A stretch of DNA of 64,000 bases from a virus (taxonomy: Duplodnaviria > Caudoviricetes), in IMG/VR virus record IMGVR_UViG_3300038974_000417, positions 9,312 through 73,311 of that record. The stretch is one strand, 5' to 3'. The notes beneath the pieces are model-generated. The model did not search any database. It was not told where the DNA came from and saw only the letters and a list, made by a program, of their open reading frames with translations. Made by a program: the position numbers and the translations under genes. Positions 56,793-64,000 of the stretch are shown here, one piece after another. The first letter of the stretch is position 1. Each line of letters opens with the position of its first letter.

Positions 56793-57181
56793 GAATGTCA
56801 CCTGCCGCTCTTAAGAGCCTTTTACAAACAAACGTGGCAGAAATAAAGTTCGCTCGTCGTCGCCCTAAGCCAGATGGATCCGATTCCAGAAGAATGCTAT
56901 GTACCAACTGTAGAATGTTCTTAAATACATTTAGTGCCAGAGAAGTGTTTCACTACACCCCACCGACCAATGAACCTCGATATAACGATGTAAGCAAAGG
57001 CCTAGTTATAGCGTATGATTTAATAATGCAAGGGTATAGAGCAGTTAATGCTACCTCCGCAGATGTAATAACTGTTATACCCGTTTATACGGAAAAGATG
57101 ATAGATGAATTCTGGGTATATTTTAATAAGAATATATTACCACTCAAGACCCAGCAGAAGACAGATTTTATGAATAATTAA
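56789..57181 (+). CDS. WYL_2/DUF2693-like SH3-fold protein
   Basis: LKSLLQTNVAEIKF...DGSDSRRMLCT...VIAYDLIMQGYR. Confidence 0.55.
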   Translation: MRMSPAALKSLLQTNVAEIKFARRRPKPDGSDSRRMLCTNCRMFLNTFSAREVFHYTPPTNEPRYNDVSKGLVIAYDLIMQGYRAVNATSADVITVIPVYTEKMIDEFWVYFNKNILPLKTQQKTDFMNN

Positions 57182-57182
57182 G

Positions 57183-57503
57183 ATGAATAATGTCTCTAAA
57201 TTAATTGATGAGGTGCTAAAGCAACACTTACAAAAAGATGTAACATTAAGTATAAACAATAAAAAAATTAAAACTGGTAAGTTTATACTATATAATTTTT
57301 ATGATTATCATATAGAGGTGTGTGTAATTTTTAAAAATAAAATCAAGAAGATACTAATACCTATACCATTTAAAATTGAACATTATGAAAGCGAAAATTT
57401 GATTTATTTTGATTATAGAATAAAATCATTATATAAGACTTTATCACTAAGACCCTGTGATAATAAATACTATAACAATATATTAGAAATACAATTCCAA
57501 TGA
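57183..57503 (+). CDS. Hypothetical protein
   Basis: 106 aa, tightly packed in the operon. Confidence 0.55.
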   Translation: MNNVSKLIDEVLKQHLQKDVTLSINNKKIKTGKFILYNFYDYHIEVCVIFKNKIKKILIPIPFKIEHYESENLIYFDYRIKSLYKTLSLRPCDNKYYNNILEIQFQ

Positions 57504-57775
57504 GTGACAATACAAAGCAGTTAATGTTTAGTCTTATAACTGGTGAAATATATACCATATTATCCGATGAATTAAAGGTAATGGATGAATATCAAGTACC
57601 TCTTAAACAGAAGCCACAATCGAACTGTAGTAAGTGCTACGGGAGGCTTTATATTGGAAAGGATCATATACATCAATTGTATATAATGTGCCCTAAATGC
57701 TCAATTAAATGTATTGATACAGAAAAGATTAAATCATTAATAGTACCTAGCAATCAGTCAATTGATTCAATATAA
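57500..57775 (+). CDS. Hypothetical zinc-finger protein
   Basis: CSKCYG...MCPKC. Confidence 0.55.
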   Translation: MSDNTKQLMFSLITGEIYTILSDELKVMDEYQVPLKQKPQSNCSKCYGRLYIGKDHIHQLYIMCPKCSIKCIDTEKIKSLIVPSNQSIDSI

Positions 57776-57782
57776 TTTTAAT

Positions 57783-59405
57783 ATGAAATTATTAGATTGC
57801 TTCCCTACTGGATATACTCCACGCACAGCTCAAGTTGAAATTATTCAGAGCATTCAGCATGCATTGGATGAAGACAAGAGATTTATAATAGTTCAAGCAC
57901 CTCCTGGATGTGGTAAAAGCTGTATATCTGCTGCATTGGTTAATTACAGTAGTGATCCCTCTGCGGAATGGCGGGATAAAGTTAGTAATAATATGCTGCT
58001 CAGTAAGTCTAAAGATGGTACATATAATGAAGCTTCTAATGAGGAACGTTGCGGAGCGTATGTATTAACTACTACTAAATATCTACAAGATCAATACGAG
58101 CAAATGTTTAGTGATCGATATGTATTAAAAGGTAAGGCTAATTATGACTGTGATTTAGAGCCAATGTTTAATGTTAGTGTAGCTCCGTGCGTATTAACAC
58201 CAAAATTGATTGACAAATGTATATTTAATAAAGGATGTAGCTACTATAACGCCCTTAATGATATGCTAAGTAATAAGTTTAGAATAACTAACTACAGCAA
58301 ATATATAACTCTACCAGAACCAGCTAGATTTTGTGATATATTAATATGCGATGAAGCTTCCGAAATAGAAGAAACAATAGTTAATTATTTTTCATTAAGT
58401 GTAAATTATAAAAGATTATATTCCCTCGGACTGAGAGGTATAAATCCAGTAAACTCTGATAAGAAGAAAGAAATCATACAATGGCTTAAAGAAGTAAAAC
58501 AAGAGGCAGATATTATATATAGGGAATTAAGTGACAATATAAGGGAATCAATTTATAGCCCCCAAACTAATGTAGATCTTAGTAAGTTATCAGGACTAAA
58601 GAATTTAATAGATCAATCTCAATTAATAATAGACAATTGGAGTTTTTGTGATTATATAATTGAGCGATCGGTGGATCAAGTGCGCATTACTCCATTGCGA
58701 ATTGATAAGCTTACGGATCGTCTATTTGCAGGCGCAAACAAAGTAGTGTTTTTAAGTAGTACAATATTTGATGTAAAATGCTTTACAAAAACATTAGGTA
58801 TAACAGATTATAAGTACATAGAACACCCCGGAGTGTTTAACCCCACAAAAAGTCCTATATATGCACCATGTAAAGTATCCTTAAATAGAAAAAATTTAAA
58901 GCAAAGTATTCCTATAATTTTAAAACAGATAAACGATATTTGTAATATGTTTCCTGATGATAAGGGAGTAATACATACTCATACTAATGATATAACCACT
59001 ATTTTACATAAACACTTTCGTAAGAATAATAGGTTTCTATTTAGGGTTGGTGATATAACTAATGAAAATATACTATTAGATCATAAAAGTAGTGATGATC
59101 CAACTATATTAGTAAGTCCCAGCTTAGCTTTTGGTATAGATTTACCTGATGAATTATGTAGATTTCAAATTATAGTTAAATTACCGTATCCATCATTAGG
59201 AGATAAGAGGGTTAATAAACTATCTAAAGAGTCTCCTGATTGGTATACTAGTAAAATGTTTACTAAATTAATTCAAATGTCCGGTAGAGGTACTAGAAAT
59301 GTAGAGGATTATAGCACCACCTTTGTTTTAGATGGTAATTTCATAAGATCTGTATCTTATAATATAGATAAATTACCAGAACATTTCAGATCTAGGTTGC
59401 AATGA
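57783..59405 (+). CDS. DinG/YoaA-like (Rad3/XPD) SF2 helicase
   Basis: PRTAQ, QAPPGCGKS, TTTKYLQDQY, KGKANY.C, ICDEAS, FLSST, GIDLPDELCRFQIIVKLPYP, QMSGRGTR. Confidence 0.88.
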   Translation: MKLLDCFPTGYTPRTAQVEIIQSIQHALDEDKRFIIVQAPPGCGKSCISAALVNYSSDPSAEWRDKVSNNMLLSKSKDGTYNEASNEERCGAYVLTTTKYLQDQYEQMFSDRYVLKGKANYDCDLEPMFNVSVAPCVLTPKLIDKCIFNKGCSYYNALNDMLSNKFRITNYSKYITLPEPARFCDILICDEASEIEETIVNYFSLSVNYKRLYSLGLRGINPVNSDKKKEIIQWLKEVKQEADIIYRELSDNIRESIYSPQTNVDLSKLSGLKNLIDQSQLIIDNWSFCDYIIERSVDQVRITPLRIDKLTDRLFAGANKVVFLSSTIFDVKCFTKTLGITDYKYIEHPGVFNPTKSPIYAPCKVSLNRKNLKQSIPIILKQINDICNMFPDDKGVIHTHTNDITTILHKHFRKNNRFLFRVGDITNENILLDHKSSDDPTILVSPSLAFGIDLPDELCRFQIIVKLPYPSLGDKRVNKLSKESPDWYTSKMFTKLIQMSGRGTRNVEDYSTTFVLDGNFIRSVSYNIDKLPEHFRSRLQ

Positions 59406-59420
59406 ACATAAATATTATGT

Positions 59421-60551
59421 GTGAAGAATTATACGTTTAATTTTGAAATTTTAACTCTAACTACTCAATTTGCTAATGCGTTCAATGATGTTGTTATAAA
59501 GAGATATAACAATGAACGAGTTGCAAACGGTCAGGAGATTGGAGTAAACTTTATATATGCACCAAAGCAACGAGTAATACATGATTTAACTAATAAACAA
59601 AACGAATTACGCTTACCGATAGTAAGTTATAATATTACTAATTTTTCACGCGATCCTTCACGAGTATTTAATAAGTTAGAAGGTCCCGAAATATTAAATA
59701 GCCGAAAGTATGAAAAGATCTTACAACCGGTGCCAGTCAACTTAGGAATATCACTTAACATATTTACAAAGTTTCAATTAGATATGGATCAAATTATTAG
59801 TAATTTTGTTCCATATTGTGATCCATATGTAGTAGTGAGCTGGCCCGATCCATATGCCGAACAAGAGATTAGAACCATAATTGAATGGAATGGTTCTGTT
59901 AGTATAGACTATCCAATAGATCAGTCCGCAACAACACCATTTTCTCGAATAGAAGGTTCAGCTAATTTTACCATTAAAGGCTGGTTGTTTAAGGCTCAAA
60001 CAGGTTCAATGGGAATTATTCATAATATATATAATAATTTCTTCGCGGTCAATGATATATATTGTAGTTACACAGCTATGAGATCCGTTACAAGTGAGTT
60101 TGCTACAGATTATCAAGTAGTAAGCGGTCGACCGGTATTAAATGGCGCGACACCGACCACTTTATATAATGAAACATCTGGTCAATTAGTAACAGTAACA
60201 GGAAGCATGTTTAATAAGACCACAGCATATTTTATATCTGGTCCAGAGAGTATAATAGGTCAATCTACTGTATATGACTTTACAACATCACGATATATAA
60301 GTGCATATATAGATAGTATTGAAGGTATTCAAATAACACCTAATATACTAAATGATTATACTCTTACTTGTACTATTAGTACAGGAGCCGGTAGTGGATA
60401 TTTTGATATAATTGCAATTAATGATGCAGGAATAGGAAGGTTATCCGTTGATAGTATACGACATGTACCGTGTCCGTATACGACTGAGGAAGAATGTGCA
60501 ACTTGGGAGCCATATCAACCTCCAACTATAAGCGGTATATATGTAATGTAA
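59421..60551 (+). CDS. Tail sheath stabilizer/terminator (T4 gp15-like) with C-terminal Ig-like domain
   Basis: QFANAFNDVVIKR, YAPKQR, LPIVSYNITNFSRDPSR, PVPVNL, QIISNFVPY, FTIKGWLF; then an IPT-like beta domain. Confidence 0.8.
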   Translation: MKNYTFNFEILTLTTQFANAFNDVVIKRYNNERVANGQEIGVNFIYAPKQRVIHDLTNKQNELRLPIVSYNITNFSRDPSRVFNKLEGPEILNSRKYEKILQPVPVNLGISLNIFTKFQLDMDQIISNFVPYCDPYVVVSWPDPYAEQEIRTIIEWNGSVSIDYPIDQSATTPFSRIEGSANFTIKGWLFKAQTGSMGIIHNIYNNFFAVNDIYCSYTAMRSVTSEFATDYQVVSGRPVLNGATPTTLYNETSGQLVTVTGSMFNKTTAYFISGPESIIGQSTVYDFTTSRYISAYIDSIEGIQITPNILNDYTLTCTISTGAGSGYFDIIAINDAGIGRLSVDSIRHVPCPYTTEEECATWEPYQPPTISGIYVM

Positions 60552-60592
60552 ATGGTAATTTTAAAAATTGACAGTAAATATAGGTAAGAATT

Positions 60593-62395
60593 ATGGCAGA
60601 TTATAATAATACAATTAATAGACCAATTAGTCCAGCGGCTAGTACAGGTGGATATGCTGGTCCTAACAGTCAAAAATTTCTAGGTACTTTATTAGCTAGA
60701 CTTCCGTTTAGCTATAGTTTTATTAACAAGATGTATGATAGTAATCCATACTTTAATACATTTTATAAAACCGGTACGTCACGTGAAGATAAAGTAGCTG
60801 CTAAAAGTGTATTTTATGGTGATAGATCTACTACCGGTGGGATGATGGTCGATAAGGGCTATAATGATTTTATATATGCTAAAGTAGATTCAAATAAAAT
60901 TCGCCGCATCCAGGACTATAGACGAATGGCAGCATATTATGTAGTAAGTGATGCATTAGATGAAATATGCGATGAGTGTATTAGTGAAAATGATAAGGGT
61001 GAAATAGTTAATTGTGATATAAATGGAACGTTTGCAGAGCCGATTATACGAGAGCTAAAAAAAGAATGGACCAAATTCTCATCATTATTTGATTTAAAAG
61101 AAAAGGGATACAATTATTTCAGACAATGGCTAATAGATGCAGAGTTATTTTTTGAAAACGTATTAGATGGTAAGAAACCCGAAAAGGGAATAGTTGGTGT
61201 AATATTACTTCCGCCAGAATTAATTAATCCTGTGTATGATAATTTACAAAATGAAATTATACGTCAATTTATATTAAGAAAACCGTCACCGATTGTAACT
61301 AATACTGAGCAAGAAGAAAAGATCATATTAGAAACAAATCAAATAACTTATATTAATAGTGGTATATGGAATGAAGATAAAACCATTAGAATGCCATATA
61401 TCGAAAATTGTAGAAAGGCATATAAGCAATTAAGTCTAATAGAAGATACCTTAATATTATATCGTTTATCTAGAGCCCCACAACGTTTGGTCTTCAATGT
61501 AGAGATGGGTAACATGGATACACCTAAAATGGAGGCATATCTTAAGCGATTAATGCAGCAAATGTGGAGTAGAAGAAGTTTCAATAATAGGGACGGTCAG
61601 ATTACTAATGCGTATGATACACATAACATGTTAGAGGCATACTTTTTTGCAAAAAGAAATGGACAGGGTACAGACGTTGAAAATCTAGAAACTAATTCCA
61701 ATTTAGGAAATCTTGAAGACCTTTTACACTTTAAAAAGAATCTATATAATTCACTAAAGGTTCCAGTGGGAAGATTGGATCCAGCTACTGTAGTAGGTTC
61801 TGGTGGACCTGAAGTTACTCGCGAAGAATTAAGATTCGCTAAGTTTATCATGAGACTTCAACGTCAATTTGCGCAAGGAATGAAAAAGTCATTCATCACC
61901 CACTTAAAGCTGAAGGGAATGTGGAAGAGGTTTTCATTAAAAGAAAATAATATATTTATAAAGTTTAATACGCCTACAAATTTCCAAGAGATGCGCGATA
62001 ATCAACTGTTTGAAATTAAACAAAATCAATTTAATCTTATGACTCAAAACCCGACGATAAGTCCTACATATAGTATGAAGCGTTATTTGAAGTGGGACGA
62101 TGCGGATATTAAAGCTAACCGCGCTTGGGTAAGAAGAGATGCTGCATTTATGTGGGAGATTGAAAAGATTAAGAGCGAAGGTCCTAATTTCCGCGAACAG
62201 GGTGCTGAATTGGATGATGCTATAGCAGAATTACAGAGTAATTCTACTGGCAGTGGTACATCTACTGGATCTCCACCAGAATTTGGAATATCTCCCGAGA
62301 CATCACCAGAAACTCCCGGTGCAACACCAGAAACACCAGAAGCCCCACCACCGACGGAACCTTCACCAGCTCAATCCTCCCCACCTTCAGCATAA
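60593..62395 (+). CDS. Portal protein (T4 gp20-like)
   Basis: DALDEICDE, FRQWLIDAELF, QLSLIEDTLILYRLSRAPQRLVFNVEMGN, MLEAYFFAKR, LKVPVGRL, REELRFAKFIMRLQ. Confidence 0.92.
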   Translation: MADYNNTINRPISPAASTGGYAGPNSQKFLGTLLARLPFSYSFINKMYDSNPYFNTFYKTGTSREDKVAAKSVFYGDRSTTGGMMVDKGYNDFIYAKVDSNKIRRIQDYRRMAAYYVVSDALDEICDECISENDKGEIVNCDINGTFAEPIIRELKKEWTKFSSLFDLKEKGYNYFRQWLIDAELFFENVLDGKKPEKGIVGVILLPPELINPVYDNLQNEIIRQFILRKPSPIVTNTEQEEKIILETNQITYINSGIWNEDKTIRMPYIENCRKAYKQLSLIEDTLILYRLSRAPQRLVFNVEMGNMDTPKMEAYLKRLMQQMWSRRSFNNRDGQITNAYDTHNMLEAYFFAKRNGQGTDVENLETNSNLGNLEDLLHFKKNLYNSLKVPVGRLDPATVVGSGGPEVTREELRFAKFIMRLQRQFAQGMKKSFITHLKLKGMWKRFSLKENNIFIKFNTPTNFQEMRDNQLFEIKQNQFNLMTQNPTISPTYSMKRYLKWDDADIKANRAWVRRDAAFMWEIEKIKSEGPNFREQGAELDDAIAELQSNSTGSGTSTGSPPEFGISPETSPETPGATPETPEAPPPTEPSPAQSSPPSA

Positions 62396-63127
62396 ATGAC
62401 AACATTACATCAATTTGTCACAGATAGAATATATAAAAATCGACTTTCCCCAAAATTTTGGGACGAAAACTTATATTTCGATGGTGATACTAGAATAAAA
62501 CTGCTTGAAATAGCTAAAGATTTCACTGACAGTTTGGGAATTACGCGATATATTAAGGATATCATATTAACCGGTAGTTTAGCTAACTATAACTATACAA
62601 GACACTCGGATTTAGACGTTCATATATTATTAGATTTTACTGATATAGATCAAAATAAGGTTTTAGTTAAAACTGCATTGGATGGCAAACGGTTTATGTG
62701 GAATATTAAACACAATATTATTATGAAAAAGCATGAAGTAGAGTTATATTTTCAAGATATAAATGAACCTCATATAGCATCTGGAGTGTTTAGTATACAA
62801 GACAATAAATGGATTAAGCGACCTAAGTATGATCCACCGGAAGTAGATGAAAAATACGTAGAGATGAAGGCAAATCAAATTAAACTTGATATAGTTTTGT
62901 TAAAAAATAAGCTTAATAGTGCGAATGATGAAGCAGATTTTAAAGAGCTACATGATAAATCCGTAAAGTATAGAGAAAAGATACTAAAAATGCGTAGAGA
63001 TTCTTTGAGGCTTAAGGGAGAATATGGGATTGGTAACCTAGTATTTAAACAATTGAGAAATGGTGGATATATAAAAGAAATTATAGACATAAGTAATATT
63101 GCTTATGATAAAATATTTAGTATTTGA
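62396..63127 (+). CDS. Pol-beta-superfamily nucleotidyltransferase
   Basis: DIILTGSLANYNYTRHSDLDVHIL, EVELYFQD, GVFSI, GNLVFKQLRNGGY. Confidence 0.8.
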   Translation: MTTLHQFVTDRIYKNRLSPKFWDENLYFDGDTRIKLLEIAKDFTDSLGITRYIKDIILTGSLANYNYTRHSDLDVHILLDFTDIDQNKVLVKTALDGKRFMWNIKHNIIMKKHEVELYFQDINEPHIASGVFSIQDNKWIKRPKYDPPEVDEKYVEMKANQIKLDIVLLKNKLNSANDEADFKELHDKSVKYREKILKMRRDSLRLKGEYGIGNLVFKQLRNGGYIKEIIDISNIAYDKIFSI

Positions 63128-63139
63128 TAAATATTGGTA

Positions 63140-63222
63140 TGAGTAACCGACTCGTGAGAGTCCAGATCAATCGAATTGATCCAGCGATATATTCGCCGTT
63201 TAATATTAGAACCAGTTACTCA
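63140..63222 (+). ncRNA. Putative multi-branch structured 5' leader RNA
   Basis: Closing stem TGAGTAAC/GTTACTCA encloses hairpins GACTC-GTGA-GAGTC, GATCAAT-CGA-ATTGATC and GCGA-TATAT-TCGC, plus a weak fourth hairpin. Confidence 0.55.
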
Positions 63223-63233
63223 AAGGAGATATT

Positions 63234-64000
63234 ATGGCAGATATTATATGGAGCAGAGGATATTCACCAGCAGAAGCTGAACGTGGTAAGTTTGTAGCAT
63301 TAGATGAAACAACACTCACTGATTTACCTTCTAGTAGTAGAGGTAGATATGCGATAGTTACCTGTGATATAGCAGGAACAGATTCTAGCGGAGCAGTATT
63401 AGGTACTTCGGCTAATCCAATGCATACTACAATAACCACTATTGTTAGTAATGTAGAGGTGGATGTCACTGGTATAATGTTAAATGAAACTATAAGTGCC
63501 GTTAATTGCACGGTTAGTACGTTTGAAACTAATCCTATTACATCTATAAGTGCTATTCAAATGGGTGAATGGAATATAGGCGCTTTAACTGATATTATTA
63601 GTACAGTAAATGTCAGTGAAGTTAATCCCGTTACGGCTGTTGACGTAATTAATACAGTAAATGTCAGTGAAGTTAATCCTGTTACGGCTGTTGACGTAAT
63701 TAATACAGTAACGGTTCAAGAGAATAGTGCAATTCGGGTGATCATGACTAAGGATTTAACCATTCCTAATACAGTATGGATTGGTAGTTCTAGCTTAGCT
63801 GCCGGAGTAGAATATGTTCCTTCATTAGCAAATGAGTTATTAGAAATAGAAATCCAGAATAAGACTGAAGGTCCTGTTTATTTCTTAGCCTCTGCAACTG
63901 ATTATATAGGAGTTGAATCAAACGGAATTACAATTGAATCAGATACATTTTATTCAACAAGAAAATATATCTCTGAATTTACTATAGGAAGTCTATCTGG
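63234..64000 (+). CDS. Probable virion structural protein, 3'-truncated by the window end (absent from the ORF track)
   Basis: AAGGAG SD; open frame MADIIWSRGYSPAEAERGKF... to base 64000; Val/Thr/Asn-rich beta repeats. Confidence 0.7.
   Translation, partial: MADIIWSRGYSPAEAERGKFVALDETTLTDLPSSSRGRYAIVTCDIAGTDSSGAVLGTSANPMHTTITTIVSNVEVDVTGIMLNETISAVNCTVSTFETNPITSISAIQMGEWNIGALTDIISTVNVSEVNPVTAVDVINTVNVSEVNPVTAVDVINTVTVQENSAIRVIMTKDLTIPNTVWIGSSSLAAGVEYVPSLANELLEIEIQNKTEGPVYFLASATDYIGVESNGITIESDTFYSTRKYISEFTIGSLS
63602..63711 (+). repeat. 51-bp (17-aa) tandem repeat, two copies plus a partial copy
   Basis: 63602-63652 versus 63653-63703, one synonymous mismatch (CCC/CCT); TVNVSEVNPVTAVDVIN. Confidence 0.9.

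Noticed and set aside
63140-63222. tRNA gene
   Set aside because: The fold is cloverleaf-like but lacks the T-loop GTTCRA, the D-loop GG, a 7-nt anticodon loop and CCA.

Overview
This window is a 64-kb AT-rich segment of a large T4-like (myovirus-type) phage genome. Tail and baseplate genes (gp19-, gp26-, gp51-, gp53-, gp5-like, tape measure) occupy about 1.8-16.3 kb on +. A replication/recombination block (gp45, gp32, gp41, UvsX, gp43, gp46/47, gp55, UvsW, UvsY) occupies about 16.3-42 kb, mostly on -, and contains a glycosylation island and a formyltransferase-kinase/TGT-like gene pair. Candidate head-internal proteins, QueD/QueE, primase, gp62-like, GroES-like, DinG-like, gp15-like and portal genes occupy 42-64 kb, mostly on +. 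The main unexpected structure is a family of at least five (probably six) non-coding IS200/IS605-type elements ending in GTTCAC. Two are identical 291-bp inverted copies that look like TnpB omegaRNA cassettes with their own phage late promoter. No TnpA or TnpB is encoded in the window. In-silico excision restores a TATAAATA late promoter at one site, an unannotated 63-aa gene at another, and plausible gene ends at two more. Other highlights: recurrent TAAATA-N5-start spacing (probable leaderless late mRNAs), a PurN-like formyltransferase fused to an NMP kinase next to a TGT/DpdA-like gene, an ArfA-like peptide fused to a putative head-internal protein, and a five-way-junction RNA leader at 63.14-63.22 kb. 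All protein calls come from motif recognition by eye and synteny; no database searches were run.
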